A DNA stretch of 64,000 bases, from positions 1 to 64,000 of the IMG/VR virus record IMGVR_UViG_3300006737_000017; one strand, given 5' to 3'. Source of the stretch: a virus. The notes beneath the pieces are model-generated. The model did not search any database. It was not told where the DNA came from and saw only the letters and a list, made by a program, of their open reading frames with translations. The first letter of the stretch is position 1, and each line of letters opens with the position of its first letter. This document shows positions 32,764 through 42,940 of the stretch, one piece after another. The position numbers and the translations under genes are program-made.

Positions 32764-33176
32764 CAATAGAAGACGTTAAGTTCTTTAATGCAAGAACTAT
32801 GGTTGAACCAGATGGAAATCTTGTACCGATTGAAGGTGGTACCGATGTACCATTTGATATCAAAAGAGTTTTCTATGTATATGGTGTAAAGAATCAAGAT
32901 GACAGAGGTAAACATTCTCATTTTGAAACTAAACAAGTACTATATTGTTTACATGGAAAAGTAGAAGTATTAGTTCACGATGGTGTAAGAAAAAGAAAGT
33001 ATCTATTAGAATCACCTCAACAAGGATTATACATACCAGAGATGATATGGGATGAGCAAGTATATTTAACAGAAGATACAGTAATGTTAGTTTTAGCAAA
33101 TACGGAATACAATCCATCAGATTACATAAACGACTTTGAAGAATTCAAAAAAATAAAAGGAGTAACAAATGAGTAA
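32742..33176 (+). CDS. FdtA/QdtA-like sugar 3,4-ketoisomerase
   Basis: GNLVPIE, PFDIKRVFYVY, RGKHSH, GLYIPEMIW, DYI. Confidence 0.88.
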   Translation: MENRKQITIEDVKFFNARTMVEPDGNLVPIEGGTDVPFDIKRVFYVYGVKNQDDRGKHSHFETKQVLYCLHGKVEVLVHDGVRKRKYLLESPQQGLYIPEMIWDEQVYLTEDTVMLVLANTEYNPSDYINDFEEFKKIKGVTNE

Positions 33177-33813
33177 GTGTAAAATAAAACATTTATCTAT
33201 AGAAAATTTTATACCTTCAGCAGCATTAGCAAGAGCAGCAGCTGAAAGTTTTAATGATAATATGGATTGGGTAAAATATGGAGCAGGCGATAATCAAATA
33301 CAATACTGTTCAAAGCTTGGTAGAGAAAAATTACCAACTGCTGCAAGATTATGTTTGAATTATATTGCAACAAACTTTGATCCCAACATAGCTTTCAATG
33401 GCTTAACAACAAACGCATTCCCAGACTTAGGTCATTATGGAGGAGGAATGATGTTAACACCCAATTCCAATGGTGAAGGGGGTTTTCTTGGAATGCATAT
33501 AGACGCAGAAGTTCACGGTTTACATCAAGATTGGAAAAGAGAATATAGTGCAATACTTTGTTTGTCTGAAGTACATGACACATCTTTTGATGTAAGATTG
33601 CATGATGGAGAAAATCATACCAGAATTCCATACAGATTTAATACATTAAACGTATTCAAATGTAGCGATTATTCATGGCACGGTTTTCCTGAAATTACTA
33701 AAGGCATGGATAGAAAAACAGTTGGAATGATGTTCTGGTCTAAAATGACTGAAGAAGATAAAAAGAAAGAAAAAGTTAAAGCAAGATTTAACGACAATTT
33801 GAAATTTGACTAA
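33169..33813 (+). CDS. 2OG-Fe(II) oxygenase
   Basis: GGFLGMHID...SWHGFP...RK. Confidence 0.75.
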   Translation: MSKCKIKHLSIENFIPSAALARAAAESFNDNMDWVKYGAGDNQIQYCSKLGREKLPTAARLCLNYIATNFDPNIAFNGLTTNAFPDLGHYGGGMMLTPNSNGEGGFLGMHIDAEVHGLHQDWKREYSAILCLSEVHDTSFDVRLHDGENHTRIPYRFNTLNVFKCSDYSWHGFPEITKGMDRKTVGMMFWSKMTEEDKKKEKVKARFNDNLKFD

Positions 33814-34532
33814 TGAAGAAAATCTTAATATCTGGTGGTGAAAGTAAATTTGCAAAGTCTTTAATATCAGAAAATACTAAATTTGATATTAAAGCATTAA
33901 GCAGATCACAGATGAATGTGACAAACTTTTCAAGTATAAAGTCAAGCCTAGGAATTACTAGACCAGATTATTTTATTCACACTGCTGCACTATCTAGGCC
34001 AATGATATTACATAAAGAAAAACCTGATGTTAGTATAAAATCTAATATAATAGGTACTGCAAATTGCGTTCTAGCATGCATGGAAACTAATGTAAAATTC
34101 ATATACATTTCTACAGATTTTGTATATCCTGGAACAGATGGAAACTATTGCGAAGACTCTGCTCTGTTACCAATAAATGAATATGCTTGGTCAAAACTTG
34201 GTGGTGAATGCTCTGTAAAACTTTATGATAACTCGTTAATAATAAGAACAGCAATGGTTGAAAATCCTTATCCTCACAAAAAAGCTTTTGTTGATGTTAA
34301 GAAAAGTTTAATAGAATACAAAGAAGCAGCAAGATTAACTTTAGAATTACTTGATCAGAGTGGTATTGTAAACATTGGTAAGGAATCAGATACAATCTAC
34401 AATCATGTAAAAAAGATTGAAAAGAATATTGGTAAAATATCTAGAAAAGATATTACTAATTTGGATATTGCTACAGATAGCAGTATGAATATTGACAAAT
34501 TAAAAAGGATACTAAATGATAAATCTATTTAA
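33813..34532 (+). CDS. RmlD-like NDP-sugar reductase
   Basis: YISTDFVY, YAWSKLGGE. Confidence 0.82.
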   Translation: MKKILISGGESKFAKSLISENTKFDIKALSRSQMNVTNFSSIKSSLGITRPDYFIHTAALSRPMILHKEKPDVSIKSNIIGTANCVLACMETNVKFIYISTDFVYPGTDGNYCEDSALLPINEYAWSKLGGECSVKLYDNSLIIRTAMVENPYPHKKAFVDVKKSLIEYKEAARLTLELLDQSGIVNIGKESDTIYNHVKKIEKNIGKISRKDITNLDIATDSSMNIDKLKRILNDKSI

Positions 34533-35427
34533 TATAGAAAATTACACTATAGACACTGGAAAGTTTAATCATATACTACACGACAATTTAGTAAATGAAT
34601 TTGAACAGAAGATAGCAGATTTTGTTGGTGCAAAATATGCATGCGGTGTTAGCAGTGCAACAAATGCAATATTCTTAGCATTATTAAATAAGAATACAGA
34701 AATAGAAATACCTTCTATGATTCCACCAGTTGTTGCTAATGCTATTATAACTTCTGGGAATAAAGTTAAATTTACAGACAACGTAGAATGGGTTGGCGAT
34801 TCTTATGTATTGCATAATTTTGAAGATTATAAAATAATAGATTCAGCTCAAAAATTAGAAAAAGACCAATTTAAGAAAGAAGCTAATGATGAAGATTTAA
34901 TGATGTTTTCATTTTATCCAACAAAACCAGTTGGAAGTATAGATGGTGGTATGATAGTAAGCAACGATAAAGAAAAGATTGATTGGTTTAGAGAAGCAAC
35001 ATTAAATGGAATGTCTTTTGCAAAAAACAATTGGGAAAGAAAAATAAATTTTCCAGGATATAAAATGTATTTGAATTCTGTTCAAGCTTTTGTTGCAAAT
35101 GAAAATTTCAAAAAATATGAAAACAAATTAAAAACTCTTAAAGAACTTAGAGACATATATAATTTTTGGTTTAAGTTAAATAACACAAGTAATCATTTAT
35201 ACAGAATTGAAGTAGAAGATAATATTAAAGCAATGGCTAAATTGAAAAAGAAAGGTTTAGTAACTGGTATTCATTATTCATGTCTACATAACCATGAAGT
35301 TTACGGTTCTAATATAAAATGCCCTGAGTCAGAGGAATTAGCTAAACATACTTTAAGTATACCGTTTCACGAAGCAATGACGGTTGCAGATGTAAATGAT
35401 GTAATAAGAATAATAAGTAAATTGTAA
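34516..35427 (+). CDS. DegT/DnrJ/EryC1/StrS aminotransferase
   Basis: VSSATNAI, IDSAQ, FSFYPTKPVGSIDGGMI, LSIPFH. Confidence 0.88.
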   Translation: MINLFNIENYTIDTGKFNHILHDNLVNEFEQKIADFVGAKYACGVSSATNAIFLALLNKNTEIEIPSMIPPVVANAIITSGNKVKFTDNVEWVGDSYVLHNFEDYKIIDSAQKLEKDQFKKEANDEDLMMFSFYPTKPVGSIDGGMIVSNDKEKIDWFREATLNGMSFAKNNWERKINFPGYKMYLNSVQAFVANENFKKYENKLKTLKELRDIYNFWFKLNNTSNHLYRIEVEDNIKAMAKLKKKGLVTGIHYSCLHNHEVYGSNIKCPESEELAKHTLSIPFHEAMTVADVNDVIRIISKL

Positions 35428-36311
35428 TGCCAGTATTTTTTAGATTAAATGAAAAAGGTTTTAGCTGGGCTGGAGAGGTAACAAACCTCGGCTTTTCAAG
35501 TAAAGATCCTAGATATATACCAAAGGAATATTTAGAAAAGGGAGATTTTCTTTTGTTTAGAATGTCTAATGGTTTTGGAGATTGGGGAATCTTATCTGCA
35601 ATGCCTAGATTGCTAAAAGAAAAATATCCTAATTGTAAAGTTTATTTACCAAGTGAAAAACTAATAAAAGAGTTTTATACGAAAGATATAGAACTTTGGA
35701 ATCACTGGCCAAACCCTGAAAAAAATGTTGAAAGGGTATACAAGAATAATCCTTATGTTGATGGTTTCATTGATAAGGTTGAAAATGAAGTATTCCATGA
35801 TCATTATAGGATATACAATGAAGACGATATAAATGAACCCTTGATAAACCAAGTTCTGAAGTTTTGGAAATTCTCAGAAAACGAATTGGAAGATAACCAA
35901 CCAGAATTCTATTGGACAGAAGAGGAAATGGAACAAGGAGATTCATTGATAAAGAAATACTTTGGAGAAAAAGAATTTTGCGGTTTAATTCTAAGTAATA
36001 CAGATATAGGATCAGACACTTACAAAGGGGAATCTGAAGAGGCTTTACAAAGCATTCTAAAAGAACATTCAAAATATAAATTTGTTTATTATGGAGATAA
36101 AACGCCTTATGACTTTATAAAAGTTGGATTAAATCTAAAAGACATAGAAGCTTCTATTAGAGTTCAATTATATATAAGATCTAAAGCAAAAATAAATTTA
36201 GGATATAGCAGTTCTATGTACGACGTTTTACCAAGATACGTAGATATAACATACATACCAGTTAGACAAGGTATGAAATCTAATACAGTTAAAGGGATAA
36301 AATACTTATGA
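35427..36311 (+). CDS. Glycosyltransferase, GT9-like N-terminus
   Basis: GFGDWGILSAMPRLLKEKYPNCKV, NNPYVD. Confidence 0.55.
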   Translation: MPVFFRLNEKGFSWAGEVTNLGFSSKDPRYIPKEYLEKGDFLLFRMSNGFGDWGILSAMPRLLKEKYPNCKVYLPSEKLIKEFYTKDIELWNHWPNPEKNVERVYKNNPYVDGFIDKVENEVFHDHYRIYNEDDINEPLINQVLKFWKFSENELEDNQPEFYWTEEEMEQGDSLIKKYFGEKEFCGLILSNTDIGSDTYKGESEEALQSILKEHSKYKFVYYGDKTPYDFIKVGLNLKDIEASIRVQLYIRSKAKINLGYSSSMYDVLPRYVDITYIPVRQGMKSNTVKGIKYL

Positions 36312-37768
36312 TACTATTAAAAGATTTGAAAGAAAAATATAAAAATGACGAAGTAATTGTAAACCAATTGAAATTACAATTTGGAGACTATTCAGAATTA
36401 GAAAAAGAGTTTGACAATTTCTGGGATAAAGGTTTCATGGAAGAAATTATTACTAAATCTTCAAATGGTAATGGTCATATAGCTGGAGCAGGTCCAGTAG
36501 ATTATAATGAAGGTAAAATTATATATCTATATATTAGAACTATAAAACCTAAATCTGTATTGGAAATAGGTCATGCAGCTGGATGCTCTTCTGTAGTAAT
36601 TGCAAAAGCTTTAGAAACTAATGGTTCTGGTACATTACACACTTGCGATAAGTTTTCCAATGCAAATGATCCAAACCTAATACCATCTTTTGTTAAGTAT
36701 ATAAAAAGCGGAATCATAAAAGAATATGGAGACATAGACGCACTTGATCTAATACCTAAACTAGAAGAATCATTCGATATAGTATTTACAGATGCAAGCC
36801 ATGAATCAGATTTTTGCTTTCCAGTAGCAAAACTTTTATATGAAAAGTATCCAGAAGCTTTACACTTATATCATGAATGGAGCTTTTCTCCATACTCTAG
36901 TAAAGAAGCTCAGAATTATATAAGCATAAAAGAAAATTTGAATCATCAAGAAATGGCAGAGAGAGAAGCTTTCGAAGAAACTTTTCCAATAAAAGATTAT
37001 GATCATTTTGGTTTTTATGGTAGCTGCGGACTTGGAGTTACTATGAAAAGAAATAAACCAAGACAGATTAAAGTTTATTACAGACTATCGAATCAACAAG
37101 CTGGTATAAATAAAAATAAAATTTCAAATGCTAGTAAAAAAACTTGTTTACAAAATTGCATAAATAAATTCGGAAAAGAAAATATAACCATAATCGGAGA
37201 CAATCTAAATATAGAGCATATAGAATTAGTAAGAAATTTAGGAGTAAGATTTATAGAAGTTTCAAATGGAAATGGTTCTGGTACTTTTAGAGATGCATTA
37301 AATTTAGCAATAAAAGAGAATTTAGAATCTGATTTTGTATATTTATTAGAGGATGACTTCTTACACAAAGAAGAATCTAAAGGGTTATTAATTGAAGCAT
37401 TAAATTCTTATGATAGTTATGTTACTTTATACGATCACCCTGACAAATATATAAATAAAGAAAACGGAGGTAATCCCTATATAGAAGAAAGGGGAGAAGT
37501 TACAAGATTAGTGAAAACAGAAAATGTACATTGGAAAATTACAAATTCTACAGTTATGTCATTTGCAGCTAGGGTTTCTAGATTAAAACACGACAAACCT
37601 TTATTAGAAAAATATTCTAGTAATAGTATAACTAATTCTTTTGGGTTCTTTACAGAATTATCAAAAGAGAAAGGAGTTGCAGCATTAAGCTCAGTTCCAG
37701 GTTTTAGTACTCACTGCGAAACTGCATGGCTTTCACCATTTACAAATTGGGAGGAAATAAATGATTAG
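36308..37768 (+). CDS. SAM methyltransferase fused to a GT-A glycosyltransferase
   Basis: N-half VLEIGHAAGCS...FTDASH; C-half VYLLEDDFLH, YDHPDKY. Confidence 0.75.
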   Translation: MILLKDLKEKYKNDEVIVNQLKLQFGDYSELEKEFDNFWDKGFMEEIITKSSNGNGHIAGAGPVDYNEGKIIYLYIRTIKPKSVLEIGHAAGCSSVVIAKALETNGSGTLHTCDKFSNANDPNLIPSFVKYIKSGIIKEYGDIDALDLIPKLEESFDIVFTDASHESDFCFPVAKLLYEKYPEALHLYHEWSFSPYSSKEAQNYISIKENLNHQEMAEREAFEETFPIKDYDHFGFYGSCGLGVTMKRNKPRQIKVYYRLSNQQAGINKNKISNASKKTCLQNCINKFGKENITIIGDNLNIEHIELVRNLGVRFIEVSNGNGSGTFRDALNLAIKENLESDFVYLLEDDFLHKEESKGLLIEALNSYDSYVTLYDHPDKYINKENGGNPYIEERGEVTRLVKTENVHWKITNSTVMSFAARVSRLKHDKPLLEKYSSNSITNSFGFFTELSKEKGVAALSSVPGFSTHCETAWLSPFTNWEEIND

Positions 37769-38549
37769 TTTAATTATACCAAGTTATAGGAATCCAAAAT
37801 GTTTAGATATATGTTTAGAATCTGCTTTATTGGGTCAAAAATATAGAAATGAAATTATTTGCATAATAGATGGTTATGTAGAAGAATCTTCAGAAATAAT
37901 AAAAAAATATGAAAATGACGTTAGCTTTATAGAAAGCCCTGAAAATATGGGAATGCAATATTCTTTGAATCTAGGAGTTTGGAATGCTTCATCCGATAAA
38001 GTTCTCATAGTAAACGACGACAATGTTTTATGTGCTGATTGGGATGCAATACTAGAAAGCGATTATCATGAAGATATAATACTTACACCTAATCAAATTG
38101 AAAAATATCCTAGTATTTTTAACTTTGAAACAGAAGACTTTGGCACTCCAGAAGATTTTGATTTAGACAATTTTATTACTTCTGAACCGCAATTTAGAAA
38201 AGATCATCTTACAAGAGATGGAGGAATATTCCCACTATTAATATCAAAGAAAAAGTATATGATGGTAGGAGGTTTTGACGATTTATATCCATCACCATTC
38301 GTTTGCGATTGGGACTTCTTTTTGAAATGTGAATTAGCAGGTATGAAAACCTTAAGGTCTAGAAAATTAAATTTCTATCATTTTGGTTCTGTCGCTACTA
38401 AAAATGGTAAAGAGGGACAAAGATTTACAGAAAGCGAAAGTGAAGCAAACGAGTTATATAAATATAAATGGGGTTTTGGAATGATAAAGAACAAGGATAA
38501 CACCCATTCACCAAAGGGTAACAAAGTAAAAGGGATAAACTATGAATAA
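37761..38549 (+). CDS. GT2-family glycosyltransferase
   Basis: ISLIIPSY, LIVNDDNV, GGFD, DWDF, HFGS. Confidence 0.88.
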   Translation: MISLIIPSYRNPKCLDICLESALLGQKYRNEIICIIDGYVEESSEIIKKYENDVSFIESPENMGMQYSLNLGVWNASSDKVLIVNDDNVLCADWDAILESDYHEDIILTPNQIEKYPSIFNFETEDFGTPEDFDLDNFITSEPQFRKDHLTRDGGIFPLLISKKKYMMVGGFDDLYPSPFVCDWDFFLKCELAGMKTLRSRKLNFYHFGSVATKNGKEGQRFTESESEANELYKYKWGFGMIKNKDNTHSPKGNKVKGINYE

Positions 38550-39549
38550 AACTATTTTAGTAACAGGAGTAGCTGGACTTTTAGGTTCTAGGCTAGCAGA
38601 CTGGATTGTAAAAAATACAGATTACAAAGTAATAGGGATTGACGATTTATCTGGCGGTTATATTGAAAATTTACCAGAGGATGTTGAATTATATAAGTTC
38701 GATATAAAAGAGCTAGACAGAGTTAAAGATTTATTCAAAACACATAAACCTGAAATAGTATATCATTTTGCAGCTTATGCAGCAGAAGGTCTATCTCCAT
38801 TTATTAGAAAGTTTAATTACGAGAATAATTTAATATCTTCTACTAATTTAATTACTTGTAGTATTGAACACAGTGTAAAGAGATTTGTATTTGCAAGTTC
38901 AATGTCTGTATATGGTAATAAATATAAACCACCATTCCATGAAGATCTACAGCAATGTCCTATTGATCCTTATGGTATTGCTAAGTATGGTGTAGAGATG
39001 GATCTGAAAATAGCTTATGAACAACATGGTTTACCTTATACAATTGTAAGACCTCACAATTTCTACGGTCAGAATCAAAACATATGGGACAAGTATAGAA
39101 ATGTATTAGGAATTTGGATGTATCAAATAATCAATGGAATGCAGCCAACTATATTTGGAGATGGCGAACAAAAAAGAGCATTTAGTTATGTAGATGATTC
39201 TATAATTCCATTTTGGAATGCATCTCAAAGAGATGAATGTATTGGAGAAATTATTAATCTTGGTGGTATCAAAGAATATACTATCAATGAAGCTTGCGAT
39301 ATATTATTAAAAGTCACCGGCACCCCCCTTACAAAAAAATACTTGGAAGCGCGACATGAAGCTAAGCATGCTTGGTCAACATGGGAAAAATCCCAACAAC
39401 TATTAGATTTCAAACATGAAATAGATTTGGAAGAAGGATTAACTAAAATGTGGAAGTGGGCTCAAACGCAACCAAACAGAAAAAGATTCTTTTGGGGAGA
39501 TTACGAATTAAATAAAGGTATTTACGATTATTGGAAAACAGAAAAATGA
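38542..39549 (+). CDS. NAD-dependent epimerase/dehydratase
   Basis: VTGVAGLLG, ASSMSVYG, YGIAK, GDGEQKRAFSYVDD. Confidence 0.9.
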   Translation: MNKTILVTGVAGLLGSRLADWIVKNTDYKVIGIDDLSGGYIENLPEDVELYKFDIKELDRVKDLFKTHKPEIVYHFAAYAAEGLSPFIRKFNYENNLISSTNLITCSIEHSVKRFVFASSMSVYGNKYKPPFHEDLQQCPIDPYGIAKYGVEMDLKIAYEQHGLPYTIVRPHNFYGQNQNIWDKYRNVLGIWMYQIINGMQPTIFGDGEQKRAFSYVDDSIIPFWNASQRDECIGEIINLGGIKEYTINEACDILLKVTGTPLTKKYLEARHEAKHAWSTWEKSQQLLDFKHEIDLEEGLTKMWKWAQTQPNRKRFFWGDYELNKGIYDYWKTEK

Positions 39550-40370
39550 AAACATTAGGTATTATAGGTCAAGGGTTTGTAGGGACTGCAGTCTTTGAAG
39601 GGTTAAAAGAGCATTACAATATAGAAACATTTGATATCGCAAAAAATTCAACATGTAAATCATTAGGTGAATTATTCGAAAAATCTGAGGTTATATTTTT
39701 ATGCTTACCTACACCAATGGATAGCGAAGGTTCTTGTCACTTAGGAATTATAGAACCAGTTCTAGAAGAATTAAATTCTATAGGAAATAAAATAATTATT
39801 GTTAAATCTACAATCCCACCGGGAACAACTGAAAAGTGGAATGATAGATATGAAAATTTAAGTATTGTATTTAATCCAGAATTTTTAACAGAAGCAAATT
39901 CAATAGAAGATTTCAAAAATCAAAATAGAATCATTATTGGTGGACCAAGACCTGCATCAACAAAAGTAAGAAGAATATTCAAAAAAGCATTTCCAAGAGT
40001 AGCAATTATAAAAACAAGCTCAACGATTGCAGAAATGGTTAAGTATTTTACAAATTCTTTTCTAGCAACAAAAGTTTCTTTTGCAAATGAAATGTATCAG
40101 ATTTGTAATGGATTAGATATTGATTACGATAAAGTAATAGAGTATGCTCAATATGATAATAGAATAGGTAATTCTCATTTAGAAGTTCCAGGACCTGATG
40201 GAGATTTTGGTTATGGTGGGCATTGCTTTCCTAAAGATGTTAGAGCATTAATAAATGTTGCAGAGAAATTGGGTATAGATCCTAAGATGTTAACTGCAAC
40301 AGATACAAAGAACAACCAAGTCAGAACTAATTTTGATTGGAACAAACAAAAAGGAAGAGCAGTAATATAA
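39546..40370 (+). CDS. UDP-glucose/GDP-mannose dehydrogenase family protein (short form)
   Basis: GQGFVG, CLPTP, KSTIPPG, NPEFL, GYGGHCFPKD; lacks the usual C-terminal domain. Confidence 0.85.
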   Translation: MKTLGIIGQGFVGTAVFEGLKEHYNIETFDIAKNSTCKSLGELFEKSEVIFLCLPTPMDSEGSCHLGIIEPVLEELNSIGNKIIIVKSTIPPGTTEKWNDRYENLSIVFNPEFLTEANSIEDFKNQNRIIIGGPRPASTKVRRIFKKAFPRVAIIKTSSTIAEMVKYFTNSFLATKVSFANEMYQICNGLDIDYDKVIEYAQYDNRIGNSHLEVPGPDGDFGYGGHCFPKDVRALINVAEKLGIDPKMLTATDTKNNQVRTNFDWNKQKGRAVI

Positions 40371-40612
40371 TGCAATATTTTATTTTATTTCCAGATGATA
40401 AAGAAAATGAAGCTACTTTCGAAAGTAATCTATTGGGTGAAAGTTCATTCAAAACGTTTTGGGGAGGAGCAGGTTTGAAAAAGCTAATGTGGATGGTAGA
40501 CAAGACACCAGAGCTTTTACCATTAGTTAAAATAAAAAACGATAAAGGCAAACAATTAGAAGTATTAGACTTTCTAGAAGAAATTAAAAAATTAAAGATT
40601 AAGGTAGATTAA
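40370..40612 (+). CDS. Hypothetical protein
   Basis: TAATG-coupled start MQYFILFP. Confidence 0.6.
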   Translation: MQYFILFPDDKENEATFESNLLGESSFKTFWGGAGLKKLMWMVDKTPELLPLVKIKNDKGKQLEVLDFLEEIKKLKIKVD

Positions 40613-40735
40613 ATGAAAATTAATATTAACCATCTAGAGTTAGATGAGTTTGGTGAAATTAAATTACCAAAAAGAAAAAAGAAAAAGAAGCAACCTAAAC
40701 ATAAGGAACCTAAAAAGAACTCTAATAGTGAATAA
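40613..40735 (+). CDS. Small Lys-rich protein (40 aa, not in ORF track)
   Basis: MKININHLELDEFGEIKLPKRKKKKKQPKHKEPKKNSNSE. Confidence 0.4.
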   Translation: MKININHLELDEFGEIKLPKRKKKKKQPKHKEPKKNSNSE

Positions 40736-40780
40736 CTATATATTTATATAATAACCCTATAAATATGAAATGGAGATAAA

Positions 40781-41041
40781 ATGGCCAGTACACCAAAATC
40801 GATTAAACTAGGAAGCTACGTTAGAAAGGTAGGATATTTTGATATCAGACAAAAGATAACGCAGCCAAGAAAGAAGAGGAATCATAAAGGAGAAATCGAA
40901 ATAATTGGAGGATCAGTTGAAATAAATTTGTTCCATGGTAAAAATAAAGTTGGTGGCCCATACAAATCTCATATGGATGCTGAAACAGAAGCTAATGTAT
41001 TATTGGATAAGAAGTTTAAGTATACTAAGCCTAAAAAGTAG
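40781..41041 (+). CDS. Hypothetical basic protein
   Basis: GGAG upstream; ATATTTAT box at 40740. Confidence 0.6.
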   Translation: MASTPKSIKLGSYVRKVGYFDIRQKITQPRKKRNHKGEIEIIGGSVEINLFHGKNKVGGPYKSHMDAETEANVLLDKKFKYTKPKK

Positions 41042-41110
41042 CAATTTAGTTTAGGAAATTGATATTTATTAAAGAATAATTATTCATAAAAATACAAGAG
41101 GAAACCTTCA

Positions 41111-42937
41111 ATGGAAGAAGCAAAAAATGAATACAAAATAACCTTTGGTCCTTACGAAATTGAATTGGTTAAGTCTCAGGTTTATTTTAGAAAAAACGGT
41201 AGCTTGATGAAAGCTATGCCTGTAAAAAGTACTTTCGGTTTATATGATCTAAAGAAACTAGCAAACAAAATAGCTAAGTCGGTTAATATGACAAGCAAAT
41301 TACCAAAAGACGTATTAAATGCAGATCACGTTCCAGGACATGAAGGCTTATACGAAGCTTATTATGTTTGGTCTGGTACTTATGGTCAAGATAAACCAAA
41401 AAAGATGAAAGATCTAGTAAAAGTAAAAGATCTTGATGCATCAATAAAACAATCCAGAAAACATAAAGCAAAGCATGGTAATGCAAGAGCTATGTTAGAT
41501 AGAGAATTTGAAAAGCAATTTCCAAAAGCTTTCAAATCTTTAGATGAAAAAAGAATAAAGCTTATGGGTAGCGAGGATGAGATGTCACCAGGAGAAAAAG
41601 CTTTCGACACAGAATCTGTAAAAGAATCTACAGCACAATGGGAAAAAACGATAAAAGCTTTAGCTCATGCAGATGCATTAAAGAAATTAAAGAAAGGCGA
41701 CAAAGAAAAATTATTAAAGATTGCTCAACTGCTAAAGAAAGAAAAAGGTTTGAAAGAAAAAGTTACTGGGTATGAAGACCCTGGTACTGAAATATACCCT
41801 GTCAAAATAATTAATACAGAAGATTACGTAAAATCTGGTCACATGTACAAATCTTTAACATATAAAGTAAAAGATTCAAAAGCTGTAATGGCAGCATATA
41901 AAAAATTCAAAGCTGGAAATAGAACTATCAATATGGTTGTAAAAGATTCAGGTGATACAGTAACTATATCTGGTCACCCAACTAAAGGTATGTGGATAGC
42001 ACCAAGTATTGCTGATCAATTAGATGCTGCAATTCAAAAAACTGGAAAGGCAAAATTAGTTAAGTCTGACAGCAAGAAATTAAGCGAAGGTAAATTAAGA
42101 AATCAAAGAGGTTCAATTTTTGATAAAAATTTTAGAGATACTTGGACAAAAATGGCCGAAACTATTATTGATAATTGTCAGATATTGACTTCTGCAGAGG
42201 GTTTATCTAGGTCAACTATTAAGCTTAAACAAAGAGCTGAAGACCAATGTAAATCGGTCCGATACCTCCCAGAAACTTTAGCAGACGCTATAAGAAAAGA
42301 TGTTAAAGGTGATTTATCACAAGTAACGGAAGACAAAAAATTAGGAGAAGAAAAAATGAATGAATCAGAAATTAAATTTAGAAAAATGATTAGAGAAATG
42401 GCTGAACCAATGCTAAAAGCTTCTATGAATGAAATATCAGTTAAAGCGGGACTTACCGATGTAATAAAAGGAAGAACTACTTCTATTGAAGGTATTAAAT
42501 TTTCAAAAGAACTAGCAGACAATTTAATGTACTGGATACAAACTTCTCCTTATGGTAGAAAATATGGTAAGCATATATTAAAAGGTAGAATAGCTTCTTT
42601 AATTGGACCAGCAAATGTAATGGGTTTTGGAAATAGATTAAGCGGTAAATTAAAAAAAGAATGGAAAGCTATAATTAACAAGTTCAACGTTAAAAAAGAA
42701 GATGTTGTAGAGCAATTAAAAGAAATGCAATTAACTGAAATGTCTGATTCTCAAATGTTAAAAATGGCAATGAAAGGCGCTAAAGCAGCAAGAGTAGGTT
42801 CTGCAGCTACAAAAGCTTACATAGACTCATTAAAAAATTCTTGGAGATTAGATCCAAAAGGCAAAAAAGATTATAAAGACTTTTCAATCGATGATTGGGA
42901 AGAAGATGTATTATATTATATTCAAAACAAGGGATAA
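41111..42937 (+). CDS. Modular putative internal head polyprotein
   Basis: Lys-rich modules separated by VKE/LKE/LSE/VTE/MNE/LTE; internal FRKMIRE motif. Confidence 0.5.
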   Translation: MEEAKNEYKITFGPYEIELVKSQVYFRKNGSLMKAMPVKSTFGLYDLKKLANKIAKSVNMTSKLPKDVLNADHVPGHEGLYEAYYVWSGTYGQDKPKKMKDLVKVKDLDASIKQSRKHKAKHGNARAMLDREFEKQFPKAFKSLDEKRIKLMGSEDEMSPGEKAFDTESVKESTAQWEKTIKALAHADALKKLKKGDKEKLLKIAQLLKKEKGLKEKVTGYEDPGTEIYPVKIINTEDYVKSGHMYKSLTYKVKDSKAVMAAYKKFKAGNRTINMVVKDSGDTVTISGHPTKGMWIAPSIADQLDAAIQKTGKAKLVKSDSKKLSEGKLRNQRGSIFDKNFRDTWTKMAETIIDNCQILTSAEGLSRSTIKLKQRAEDQCKSVRYLPETLADAIRKDVKGDLSQVTEDKKLGEEKMNESEIKFRKMIREMAEPMLKASMNEISVKAGLTDVIKGRTTSIEGIKFSKELADNLMYWIQTSPYGRKYGKHILKGRIASLIGPANVMGFGNRLSGKLKKEWKAIINKFNVKKEDVVEQLKEMQLTEMSDSQMLKMAMKGAKAARVGSAATKAYIDSLKNSWRLDPKGKKDYKDFSIDDWEEDVLYYIQNKG

Positions 42938-42940
42938 AAA

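Noticed and set aside
39531-39549. Identical MENRK starts for track ORFs 32742 and 39531
   Set aside because: Arises from similar WKTE(N)K ends of the upstream genes; the likely start of the dehydrogenase is ATG 39546.
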